Assembly: GCF_009834535.1 (NCBI RefSeq)
Contig: NC_045696.1
Coordinates: 78,556,001 to 78,620,000 of the forward strand
Reading direction: 5' to 3'
DNA length: 64,000 nt
Origin: Camelus ferus
Lineage: Eukaryota
In this document: positions 51,780-64,000 of the stretch, piece by piece
Numbering within the stretch: position 1 is the stretch's first letter
Layout: the number at the start of each line of letters is the position of its first letter
Position numbers and translations under genes: made by a program
The notes under the pieces: model-generated
The model's database searches: none
Told to the model about the DNA's origin: nothing
Seen by the model: the letters and a program-made list of their open reading frames with translations, nothing else

Positions 51780-52680
51780 TCCAGTCTACTTCAAATAAAG
51801 TGTGTGTGTGTTCACTGGGGTGTGTGTTTTTCTATTTCTATAAACCACAATTACAATTAGCTCTATGTGTAGTTCTGTAACATTTTCCAACATAGCATGT
51901 TTTACAAGTATAAGTACATTTCAGTGAACAATATGTAAGCATCTTTGTGTGCATTTTGCTATTTATTTACCATAAAAACTTGTTCCTAATATTTAAAATA
52001 CTTTTTCAAATCTGACTTACAACTTGAAATTTTTCTTACCACTTGAAGTTTTTTTCAGGTTAGTTTTGTTTTGTGAAAACAAAATGCCTCCAAAAGGAAA
52101 AAAAATAATACCAATTGTTCAATACTTTATGGGCTTTTGGTATTGGTCATGGTATAAATACCACGGACAGTAAAAAGGAATTTTCTGAAATTTTAGCTTA
52201 CAGTCATTAAACCAAAGAAGCTTGTAACAATGTAATTCTGAGGATATTATCTAGATCATTCTATCTGTGAATATTTACTACCTCAGAATCGATATGAAAA
52301 TCTTACCAACAGAGAAAGACTGTCTGAAGAAAATGCAGAACATAGTGTTCCTAGGTAAACAACAGCAACGTGAACACCAAGATGTAACAGTATTTTGAAT
52401 AAACTGCTTCATTTCAAATAATCCTCCTTAATGGCTAATAGCCTCAAAATGTCTAAGTGACTGTAACAAGGCAATTTCAAAGATACATATGACTGTTACA
52501 ATTCTGCCTTTTAGAGATCCCAATCCAGGTAACTATTAATCATTCTGAAATTAACATGTTAGGTTTATGACGTAGAATCAGTGCAGCCGATCTCCACATG
52601 ATGCCAATGACCATAGACCTGATGCTCAAAATGGAGATCACTGTCATAGAATGAAACACACACTGGACTTAGAAGAACAA
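51780..52680 (+). repeat. Old direct segmental duplication, copy 2, containing ATG 52084 and exon-like 52287-52354 and 52515-52528
   Basis: Colinear with 43020-44000; both copies keep 68-nt and 14-nt AG...GT units. Confidence 0.9.
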
Positions 52681-52770
52681 AATTTATATGCCAATTCTAA
52701 AATGATCTGTGGCTCCTTGAGCAGTTCTTATTTCTCCTCCAACTTTAAAAAAATTATAAACTTACAGAAG

Positions 52771-52773
<3 letters not shown>

Positions 52774-52838
<65 letters not shown>
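52774..52838. repeat. (ATT)n microsatellite, ~21 units
   Basis: Direct reading; source of the poly-Tyr in ORF 52651. Confidence 0.97.
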
Positions 52839-52842
<4 letters not shown>

Positions 52843-53549
52843 GAGGGAATGAGATATTATATGCATAAGTGAATCATTAGTTGTAAACTTTTTAACAAAT
52901 ATAAAATATTTTCAAAGATCTTGAAATAAGATAGCTACTTCCTGAAATTTCAAACTATAAGTAAAATGTTAGCATATGTGAATTTTTTTCTAATTTTCAT
53001 TATTATATGTTAAATAGAACACTAAGGTAAATTTACTACTAAATAGGATCATCCTATTTTCCAAGTAAATTTGGATGGGTTGCATTTTATAAAGTTTTAT
53101 ATAAAGTAATTTGGCTCTTATTTACATTTTAGGTGAAGAGTTTGAATCGCTTGTTATAAAAATCCATTCAGATCTCTGAAAACAGTCATAAAATGGATGT
53201 AAGAATGTTAAAAGTTAAAATATTGTTAGTTTCTAATAACAACAGCATCAAAAAATACTCAAGAAGTTGGCTAGAGATTTAGAAATGAGAGCAATTTAAA
53301 GAAACACAACAGATGCTATATGATACCTTAGAATTGAAACACTGAAGCTTTCATATTTATTCAACAAATGATGACAGTAACCTTGCACATCCAGTCCTAT
53401 TTTACCCTCTCAAAGCCAAGAAATCAGATATCATTATACTCAGCTTAGCAGTGAAGAAATAAAGGCTCATATTAAATGAGCACTATTTAGAGCTCATGTG
53501 AGAAACCATGAGTTGCCCATCCTCTTCATTCTGAGAGAATCTTTTAACA

Positions 53550-53965
53550 AGACCTTGTTAATTACAGCAATGCAGGTGCCCAGCTAAAAAGGCAACATTT
53601 TCCAGATTAGTTTGGCCATGTCACTAAATTACAGCTAAAGAAATGTAACAATTTGTTGTATAGAATCTTCAGGAAACATCATCTAAAGGCACAGACAGCT
53701 GTCACATGCTTTTTCTTGTTCTTTTTCCCCTCCTTCCTTCTTTCTTCCTCCAGTCTGAGTATGATGGTCAGAACTTCAGTACCATCTTGAACCAGGATGA
53801 GATCTTGACAATCTCATGCCATGGATGGGGAAGCCAAAAGCTGAATCCTAATGAAATCATGAAGCCACCTTCCCAGATGAAGATGACAACTTTCCAAACC
53901 TTTTTTATAACAGAGAAAAAAATCAACTCCTGTTCTGTATATTTTATTAGTGACTCTTACTAGCA
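53550..53965. mobile_element. MLT1-type (ERVL-MaLR) LTR remnant
   Basis: gtgcccagctaaaaaggcaacattttccag...tggccatgtcactaa...cagtaccatcttgaacca. Confidence 0.65.
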
Positions 53966-53979
53966 GTCAAATGTGACTG

Positions 53980-54190
53980 ATCAAGCTTATTGTATACAAG
54001 GCTATCTCTGCCCTAAGTGTTTTACCTATATTGTCTCATTAACTTCTTCATACAATGTTCCTTTATAGTTGTGGGAACTAAAGCTCAGTGAGGTTAAGTA
54101 ACAGGCTTAAGATCATATTATAAATAAACAGCAGAAATAAGAGTTGAGTCCAGATCTTCTCTTAATCAAAATGACCTTTTCAACAATGCC
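53980..54190 (-). mobile_element. MIR
   Basis: ggaactaaagctcagtgaggttaagtaac. Confidence 0.7.
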
Positions 54191-55167
54191 ACTCTATCTT
54201 ATACACATGCATATACAGACCTTACGTGTAAGCATGTATTTCATGAATACTGTTTTCTCCTCCGTATGTTCTCCCTGATGATTCATTCATGCTCTCTCAT
54301 CCTTCACTCCCTCACTTGGTGATATGAAAAGCATAGTTAAGTCTTAGCTCTGAGATAATGGGAGCAAGTCCCAGTGGTAATCTCTCCAATCTTGCAGAAA
54401 ATGATTCAACTGTTATTGATTCTCTTTTTTTTTTCCTTGAAAGCAAACTTGTGCAATAAAAATTCTCCCTCTTGTCAACAAATCCTCTTAGCATCACATA
54501 ATCATCTTTTCCTGAAAAAGTAGCTAGGGGAACATTGCTTGCAATTTCAACATGCTCCAGGAGTCAAATTACTAGCAAAGTTTTTGGCAATTTTGAACTA
54601 GACAGAGGAAACTAGGAGAGTATAGACATCGGACTGTCAAATACAGCTCTGCCTCCAATTTACAGTTATTTTCCTATGAGATGTCTACCTATCCACTGAG
54701 GTGCTATAATCATATATTCTTAAGGTGACAGCATAATATGCTCTTGTTATTCAGTACACTTCAGTTTGCCTAAGGTAAAAAGACAGTAGCATAAAGTGTC
54801 CAAAATATGCCATCTTCAAGTTAATAAGATTGATAGCCCATTATGTTTCTATTACTTAGACAAAAGCCAAATCATGTAATTAGTTCACTAAAAGAAAAGC
54901 ATTTTGACCTATTTACTAAAAATCTTTTATAATTTGAATTCAGATTAACTATTATCCAGCAGCCACTCAAGTTCATTTAAATGAGATTTATTTAAATACC
55001 TTTGTGAGAAAAACATGCAAGTATTTCTGCATCCCCAATTGGATATCGCTTTCATTATCAACAGACTCATTTTGATCTCCTGAATCCTGAGTTCCTACAA
55101 GAGTTCCCTAGTTGAACTATGTCTGGTTCTTCAAATTACTCTGATGAAAATTTAAAACTGCGATAGG

Positions 55168-55445
55168 CCAGAGATTCCTAAATTTGTTCTGTTTATGGTG
55201 TTCTTAATAATGTTCTAATAGTATTCTAGGCCAAAAGAAATACTGAATAGTTCTATTTATTAAGTGGGTAGGTCTAAACACCACAAGAAGTATTTATGTC
55301 CTATTAATTTTGTAACCATTTGAAAAAAATACAGACAAACTGAAAGTAGTTCACGATCTCCAATAGATGTTGCTGTGTATTTAAATATTTTGCAGCAACC
55401 CTGTGCATTTGCTGCAGCACCTGGGGTGACCACTTTTTGGTATCT
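55168..55445. mobile_element. hAT-Charlie DNA transposon remnant
   Basis: ctaggccaaaagaaatactgaatagttctatttattaagtgggtaggtctaaaca...aagtatttatgtccta. Confidence 0.6.
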
Positions 55446-55469
55446 ATTGTCTTAGGCACTGTTAATATT

Positions 55470-55870
55470 GCATTTAATTTGTCTGTAAGCATTGCAAGGG
55501 CAGGGACTGGACTCCTTAATGTTTGCATTCCCAGAGCCTTACACAACATCTGGCCCATAGTAGGTGTCAATTAATATTTGTCGAATGAAAAAGGATGAAT
55601 ATGGACCAATGACCAAGGGGACTAACTTACTTAATTAAAATGGTTTTCTGTGTATGGGCGCTTTTTAATACACGGTGATGACACAGCTCAGTGACAGAGA
55701 ATATGAGCCCTATCACTTTTTCAGATATATGATTGTGCTCTCATTTGTGAAATGAGGATAATAATAACATCAATTTCATAGGACTCACAAGAGAGTTACG
55801 TTAGAAATACATAGTTCACCAAGTGTGCTACACGGTATACACTAAGCATTTTGTAAATAGTGCTGTCACT
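55470..55870 (+). mobile_element. L2 3' end followed by MIR
   Basis: catctggcccatagtaggtgtcaattaatatttgtcgaatgaa; ctcatttgtgaaatgaggataataata. Confidence 0.65.
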
Positions 55871-58800
55871 ATTTCGCTATTTTATGCTTTAGGGCATGGA
55901 TAGGAAAATACTCAACTATGGAAAGGATGGGAATAAATAAGAGAATAAAACCTAAAAATATTAAGAAGATTGTCAGGGAAATAGGTATTTTTAAAAAACA
56001 ATCAGTAGTTACATACAGAATAAGAAAGAACAGTTACCATTTGCTTGGTAAACATATTCCAAAGAAAAAGCTCTTTGTGGTCAGACTCAGAAAGCTGCAG
56101 TGTGACAGAAATTTACCATCTGCCACAAGTGAGACAAACTCAAATCCCTTCATTTCATAACTTGAAATTGAAGACAAAAAGCATCTCTTATTTCTAATCA
56201 GATTCCTAATTACAGACAAGCAGGCTAGCACCCCTGTTGTATAAGGGGCTGCCAGTATTTCCATTATCAGTTCCCATTTTCAGGGCTTATTACTAAAGCA
56301 CACGCTCCAGGGAGATTGTTGGCATAGAGGATCTCAGCATGGAAGAGAACATGTTTTACAAAATTTGGCTTCAACTCTTCAGCTGAAAATACAAATAGAT
56401 AGAAAGGCAACAATGAAAAGTCAAGAAAACCCAGGGTGCTGGGATTGGAAAGGGTGTTCAAGCTAATTTAAAATGTAATGTATAAATGAAAATCCTGCTC
56501 AGACCATTTAAAGAGAAATTACATAGTTGAATTCAAACAATATCACCAAACATCCATAATGAGACAGTAGAAGCAATATGATCTACCCATCCATGTCACA
56601 TTACTAAATGCTGGCATTAATCTAATTTCAGTATCTATGAGGAATTGCTTCTGCTTCAATCTTGGCCATAGTGTTGAAAATAGTAGCATTTGTCCTCATT
56701 GCGAACCATTTCAGCATTAATTTCTTTAAAGAATTGGACTCAGATTCCATTATTCATTAGTAAGCTTTGTCATATGCAGTGAATGGTTAATGGACCTATT
56801 TTAGTTTCTTAAATATCCTTTGCTTTGACTTTAGTTTTACTAACAGGTGTTAGCTTTTAAAACTGTTTTTAGTACTAGAGGTTGATATAATTACTTAAGC
56901 CAACATGCACTATTCTTTTAATAGTTGTTCTTATAACTAAAATAATCCTTACAAAAATTAAGTCTCAATGTAGATGAGACCAGAAAAGAAATTTTTTGAA
57001 GAATTATTCTGAAGACCTTCAAGTTGTTTTTGAACTTATTTTTGGTTGTGATCACCAAATAAAGCAGAAGCTATAAAGAAAACTTTAAAAGTTTTGGCTC
57101 CAAAAAAGACAGGAAGACATCATTCTTCTTTAGCTTATAACCCTGCAGAATCCTTTATGTGTTTCTTGATTCCTTTCAGTAGATCAACCCAAGGTTGAGT
57201 CCTGAGCTTTGCTGGTTCATATAGTCCTTGGGGCAGGAAATAACTGCTTTAACTCAGAAGACTTTCATTCTAGGTTCTGTTGTGTTACAGTAAACAAAAA
57301 TCTTATTTATGTCTGGGATACCTAATTAAGCAGAGTGAATAAAAAAATTTTAAAGCCTTAGTGGATGGAGATCATGGTGAGTTGATAGAATTTAATACTT
57401 TGATACTTAACTCATACTTTTATTTTTGCCACCAGTACAGCATCACTGAATTTATGAGAGTCTTTATTCAACCTTCTCGCTAGGAAATATAGCAATTTAC
57501 TAAAAGTGGACAAGCAATTTATGGAACAAATTTTAAAATGGATAATGAAAGCATGGAATTATGGGGCAGTACTGACCTCAGGAAGTCATTTTTGTATATA
57601 CCCTTCAAGAAATGGCTATACCTAAACCATCCATGCTGAGTTACTATCTATTACATTCCTAAAAGGCATCCAGAAAAAAAAATTAAAACCTCTTAGATAG
57701 CCAGTTCTGGATGTAATGCTATCAAGAATTTCTTCTTTGTGTCTAAACCAGTTTCTTCCTTTTACAATGTAAGATGCTTTTCTCTTCTTTGAACCTCAGC
57801 GAAGATGGAGTCTAGCTAGTCATGACCCTTTTCAGAGGACAAATCCACATATCATACATTCCCCCTTTAGAGACTGTATAAGCTAGATACAGGCTTGAAA
57901 GTATATAAACACAGTTATACTAATTTATTTTTAAATTGTATCAAAAAGAAGATTGGTCCATTCTCCACCAAGTCGATAAATGATCCTTGGCAAATAAGCC
58001 CTGATTCTTGCGTCTGCTAAGTTAGTAGCTTTTTATGCAGAACTAAAGATGCCTGCTTCATTTAACCCTTCTAGGAAGGGTTATCTATGATAGACACCAG
58101 GATCTACAACTAGAAGGAAGAACTGCTCTGTAGATGTAAGCCTAATTAATAATGTCAGGATGATCTCTTTTGGACTCTGATCAATTCCATTATTTACATA
58201 CAGTTTGTTTTTGTTACTTCCCAAAATTGGAAGCAATGCTGTGCTACATAAAAATCCTTTCCAGTAAAGAAGCATTTTACTGTAAGAAAACTACCATACA
58301 GTTTTGTACATTAAATTGTATAATTTGTCCGCAAATGTCCAAGTTTTTCTCTCCCCATATAAAATCATAATTAAAAAGAGAACTATAATGAGAATCCAAT
58401 GACTAAATTTATGATTTATATTTTCCTTCAGTGTTCTTCTTAAGGTACACAAATAGCACAGAGCTTGGCCCCCAGACATATTTTTAAAATGGTAAGTGAA
58501 TTATTTCTGTAAGTATGGAAAAATATTCTGAGTTAGATAAAATTTGAACCACATTTTGTCAATCAAATTTACTTTCTCAATAAGCTAAAGTAACAGATTA
58601 AAAGCCTCTGCCACTGGATTTAATGATTTAAGGCAGAAATTCTGTCTTACTCATCTTTGTATTACTGGGCCTTTGCAGAATATTTGGTATCCCCCAAAAG
58701 TTGAATGACTAAATGAAATTAAAAATTCCAAATTGTATCAGTTGAATTACTTACCTACTGGATACTGAGATCATGCAAGCTTACTATTTTTCACACTGAG

Positions 58801-61800
58801 TATTGATATTTAATGAGTACTAAGACTACATCGTCGGTGTATGTAAGTATATGAATTAAACGTACAAAAATCTAAATGTGAGTATATTGAAATTTTAAGG
58901 TTCCATACAAGCAATCAAGAATACTAGGACACAAAAACAAAAAATTGCATAGTCTTGTATTACAGAGAACACTTAACTGTTGCTGGGATCCACTTTTCCA
59001 TCCTAGGAGTAACTGGAACTTACTGCATAGGCTTTGTTAGTGGGAGGCTTACCAGTATGAACTTTTTTGGCAGTCCCCAAATTCTTATACAGCGGATGTG
59101 GAAACTTATGTGATTTTGTCATCAGATTTAATACCCAGCCAGTGCGTCCTCTAGAAAGGAATAGTTTTCAATTTCACTAGAATTATACACATACTTCTTG
59201 GTACCAGAAATTACAATTTCCAGTTTAAATTCAGGATGATTTTGAATGAATGATCCCAAAACACCAAAGAAATACTCTGAGATGATATATAAACAGTCAG
59301 CCATCCTTTAGGGCCTGTACAAAAAAATGTGCCTTGCTATTCCTAATTAAATAACAATAAGGTACAATGTTATAAAAGTCTTCACTCCAATCTACTTCCA
59401 ACTTCACTTTAAAGCACCCTATGATTTATATGTTCTGCTGCTATCTTAAGTGTGATCAGAAGTATATGGGTAAATTCCTTAGTGAAAAGCTGTGTTAATG
59501 TTAATGTTCATTTTATATTTCCCATCAGATTTATTACATCTTTAAAAAAGCATGTTCTCCTCTACACTTTCAACATCAAGTACCATGTTATATACCCTGT
59601 GGGAACTCCATAAATACTCTGAAACTCACATCTGGGTTTGGGAGTTCAAATTAGGTACTCTTTGCATGGAAACTCCCTTGTATTCATGTATAATTTACAG
59701 TATGTTATTACACAGTTGATATAAGTACAACAAACTGTTTAGATTTACTTCTGTGCCTTGGGGTTAAACTTCCACAGAACATTTTCAATGTACTGTATAA
59801 GATTTTAGTTTCATTGTTCTAGAGCTTTTTTATAGTTTGACTTAATAAAATAAGAACTATGGATTTGTTTTTACAGTTATTTAGCAAATTTTAAGTGTCT
59901 CATACATATTAGGCATTTCCCTTCACTTTAAAATGTACATTTAATATCCTAGTGCGGATCCCAAATGTGGTTAACAGTAAGAGAGAGACAGAGATAAAGA
60001 CAGAGAGAGAGAGATGGAGAGAGGCAGCAGGAGGACAAGAGGGGGAGAGAGGAAGACATCATATACAAAAGCCAGTTACACTAAGTAGTGCAAGCTTTGC
60101 TAATATAATCAATGATACAGGTCCCTAAGAAAAGTAAACATGATTTTCTTGCAATTTTTTCCTTGGGCTTATAAGAAGATTAAAAATCTTCCTTAACTCC
60201 TCAAAAGACATTCTTTGAATCCTTTCGGTTGTGGTGCTACTTCTCTGTAACTGTTTCCTGCTTTCCCTCACTCTTCCAATCCATTTTTGTTAACAGAAGT
60301 AGTGGAGGGAGGAAAATCATCTCTATCAATTGCTGGTACAACTAACATTTCAAAGTGAACCACAGGCAGAAAAGCTGGGGCAGAAAGATGTGTGGGATGC
60401 TGTGTAAACCATCGCTAGATGATGGATTTTTAGTAACTGAAAGAAAGGCAGATCAGACTCAGTTCCCAGGCTCTCTAAAAAGGAAGGGTACATATTTTAT
60501 TCTTTAAAGTCACCTAATAGCTTCTTAACTAATGTGCAGCTGGACCTATGAGCAAGCCTTTTCTGGTCTACTTTCTGATTCATCAAAACCTTCTTTTCTC
60601 CTACAATAATAAAGTAATTTTCCTTGCTCTAGGGAAACTTTGCCTTAAGAATAGCCTACAGCAGGAAATAGTCACCTGTATGAGGTAAATGCACTATTAC
60701 ACAGCACTAAGTTATTTGTAAGATTACTGCTTTTAAATCTCTAGTTGTTACCTATGTAGTCTGAAGAGCTAATGAATTTCATGCTAGAGAACAGTTTATC
60801 AAAGCACAAAATGTCCCCAATCCAGCTGAATAAAATTCATCCTCATCCTTAGAACATTAACCCCTCAAAGAGTTTGATGCTCTAGGACAGACAACATTAA
60901 TGATTCCTCATATACAACTGAGAATGTGCTTTACCCTCTGCTAGAGATCTAAAAGCTTTGGGGACTGGAGCACAACTTAATTTCCAAATCTATACAATCA
61001 CTAACATCTGCAAAAATGTGCTCAGAAATCATACCAAAACGTCCTCATTTTACTGAAGTGCTATTAGGCATAATATATCCAATGAGGCATTATAAGAGGT
61101 TATTATGTTACATTACAAGGGCTTAGACTTTTTTGAAAAAATGGAATACTACAAAGATTTGCCTTTCCTACGTGCAATTTCTTTTAAAAACTGAGTTCTT
61201 AAAAGTTAAAAATTCAATTTCTAAACTTCTATCAAAATTAATGTTCAACCTTGTAAACACTTCTGTCCTTATTTGTCCTCATCAAAGATGTACTCCATCA
61301 TTGAGAATGCCCAGTGATTACACGTATAAATTAAAGCTGCCTGCACATGGAGTACCAAGGTTTCCATTGGCTTTTCAAGTCAAATTCAAGGTATATGTTG
61401 ACAAAAGTGGTCTTTGTAACACCTAGTGAAGGATTATCACAAATACCTTTCTGTGGAGGGAAAAGTAAAAGAATACGAGAGTTTAATAAAATGCATAAAT
61501 ATAATAAGAAATAGCTTAAGGGAACTTACCAATCATTTAAAGGAGAAAACAATCTGAAGATATATTTTCCCCATATATTGAAAATAATCAGATATCAGTA
61601 TCTCCAATACCTGATTTTGTTTAAGAAATTAAAGAAGACATATTTTTAAAAATTTACTTAAACATATTAGGAAATGTGTAGCTTTCATTAACGCACATAC
61701 ACTTAAATGTAGACAGTTACTCAGAGACACACCCTTCTTATGTTTATGTCTTTTGTGCCAAGAGCCTATGAATAGTCATGTGTTGTGAAAAAAGCATCAA

Positions 61801-61929
61801 TAACTTCACCATCTAGAAAGTCAGTTTTCTCCTAGTTAGGTACATATTTGCAGTCTAATTTAGAGTAAATAACTGCTAAAAAAAAAAAAACCTGCTATGA
61901 AATAAATGTTGTCTCACCTATTATAGCTA

Positions 61930-62400
61930 TCAACCTTGTAGCCACTCTGCTAAAACTATGAGACCTAGTACCTGTCGATGAGTGAAAGCACTCAGTCGAG
62001 CAATCCACAACTGGAGAGGATTAGCTTATAACTGCTGCCACTATCAGCAAAACAGCAAGAAGTAGACAGTTCATTTTACAGAAACTTAATGGAGTGTATG
62101 GCTCTCGCTGCTTAATACAAGCACTGTCAAGGCATCTAAGCAAAAAGTCTCAGCTGTCACCACAGACAGGCTGAGGAGAATTATTTGTCACAGTAGACTA
62201 GATAAAGCACCATTAGAACGGCGCATGGTGCCGCTACCATACGTCTCCATATTGTAGCCAGAGACAACATGCTTATGGTTGCCACAGACATATGACAAAG
62301 GCACGTCCTCAAAAGACTTTCATCACATAATAGATATGAGAGTTTAACATTATGTCCTTAGCATTTCAAAGGTGACAGCAGCCCAAGAAGGGTTGATAAT
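61930..62400. promoter_or_regulatory. Candidate enhancer (non-repeat, relatively CpG-retaining)
   Basis: X-box-like GTAGCCAGAGACAAC (62254-62268), GTTGCC (62278), several CTGTCA/TGACAG motifs, clustered CpGs. Confidence 0.35.
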
Positions 62401-63159
62401 ATCTTTATAAGTATATACATTTACTTATGAATCCACATATTTATTTTATATTTTATGAAGAAGTTACCCACACACAAATACACACTCACACAGACATTCC
62501 CACACATATAACCTAGCAATATCTGTGAGTCAACTTTTTGGATAATTTTTTCTATGCAAATCTAAGAGCCTTTGATTTGACTATTAAGAACATATATACA
62601 AATTACTACTGAAAACCTGAAAAATTAAAAAAAATGCATATCATGAACAAATTATATATTCTCATCATCTTCTTTATCAGGACACATGAGAATATATATA
62701 TTTGCCTAACTGGTAAAAAAAATCAAACTATCACTTGAGATTACCAATTATAATAAGTTTCTGATACCAAGATAAATTATAGTTTCTTTGGCTATGCAGA
62801 AATCCACCACTTTCACTTGAAAATAAGTCCTGTATATATAATTTAGCACAGCCCTAATTAAGCAACAATTTCTACAGAAATGTGGTTTCAGAGGGAGAAA
62901 ACAAAAATAAAAGTCTCTGCTTAAAAATTGATGCAAAGGATAAAAATAAATAATGCACTTAAATCTAATTTCACTAAATCAAAGTATGTAACTAAATATT
63001 TTTAAAATAGGGGCTTGTAATTAATTTCTACTTAAATATCCTTCTATGTTTCTTTTAATTTATTAGGATTTTAATCTGAATAATACTTACAAATGGCTAC
63101 TCATAAAATTAGATAAGTAACCGTTTCAGAAATAAATACAGACCATTATTTCCACTTCT

Positions 63160-63705
63160 AGTCATTCGTTCACTCATTCAACCTACATACTAAAAGCTAA
63201 CTAAGTGATAGGTATTTAGCCACTGGGGATTAATCTGAGGGATAAAGAGAGTGAGACATGGATCATTTTCTCAAATAGCTTATAACACAGAGATGAAATA
63301 TGCACACAAATAAATATAACATAGGAGAGAAGGTGCCACGAGAGGAAACCTTCCATTGTTAAGACAGCTGGAAGCCAGGACAGATCAAGTCTGTCCAGAA
63401 AATGAGCAGTGGTGGAAAAGGGGATCCCCAACCACAGCATTCAATGGGACACTCTTCTAAGTCCTGAAGTTAAAATAAGTGAGTGAATATCTCATATTAC
63501 AAAATCAGAACACACTAATTGCAACAATTATGATCCCAAAGACTTCGCGAGTGAATCCCTTCTATCCCATTTATTGAGAACTAAAAATGATAGAGTTTTA
63601 AGCTAAGGAAGGATATGATCAGATTTGCATTTTAAATGTCTCACTCTGCTGCAGTGTGGAGATGGAAATGAGAGAGGAAAAAGATTGTATATAGAAAGAC
63701 TCCCT
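63160..63705 (-). mobile_element. L2 remnant
   Basis: cattcgttcactcattcaac; tatgatcagatttgcattttaaatgtctcactctgctgcagtgtggaga. Confidence 0.7.
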
Positions 63706-63709
63706 AGAA

Positions 63710-64000
63710 GGTACAGAGAAGAGAGTGAACGGAATAGGCCTGAGACTGCTATCCTCACAACGGCCTGTTGGCCAGGTTGGCCCTTGGTTGGCATCTGGAA
63801 ACTTTGATTTCAAGAGTTTGCTGGCATCACCTGATAAGAATATGTAGCTGCGCCTAACCTATTTGTGGAAACAATAAAGTTTATGCTGAACACCTGATTT
63901 TCTTCTAAGAGACCAGAATCTTGGATGTGTCTGACAAAGAGTGTGTATGTGGTTCATTTCCAATAAAAACCCTGGGCATTGATCTCCAGTGAGCTTCTCT
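63710..64000 (+). mobile_element. MER68-like ERVL LTR (runs off the window end)
   Basis: taggcctgagactgctatcctc...ggttggcccttggttggcatctggaaac...tttatgctgaacacctg...caataaaaaccctgggca. Confidence 0.75.

Noticed and set aside
52158..52172. RE1/REST-like core ACCACGGACAG
   Set aside because: Lacks the TCAGC left half and the GCC tail, and is not conserved in the duplicate copy
52651..52872. ORF with a long poly-Tyr run
   Set aside because: Translation of an (ATT)n microsatellite
61531..61554. 24-nt minus-strand micro-exon candidate with a gtaagt donor
   Set aside because: Weak polypyrimidine tract, stops in two frames, no other support

Overview
AT-rich mammalian genomic DNA. The young L1 3' ends and the absence of recognisable Alu, Bov, PRE1 or SINEC elements suggest a camelid or related cetartiodactyl (inference). 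Much of the window is interspersed repeat: L1 of several ages, L2, MIR, MER5A, MER82, hAT-Charlie and LTR16/MLT1/MER68 LTRs. No known protein-coding gene is recognisable, and most ORF-track entries are L1 remnants or noise. The main signal is on the + strand. Four, probably five, short exons with GT-AG boundaries (16454-16492, 16585-16673, 20432-20481, 23611-23670, 26676-26773) join in frame without a stop into a ~111-aa prepropeptide-like product. It has an acidic pro-region, a KR site and a candidate Cys-ring C-terminus, and is preceded by a frameshifted signal-peptide remnant. More degraded copies with similar architecture appear at ~1.7-3.8 kb, ~38.3-38.6 kb, and in an old direct duplication at ~43-44 kb and ~51.8-52.7 kb. 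Together these suggest an unannotated, largely decaying tandem cluster of secreted-peptide-precursor-like genes, possibly nested antisense in an intron of a large minus-strand gene. I could not assign the family; everything here was read by eye and needs alignment and expression checks.
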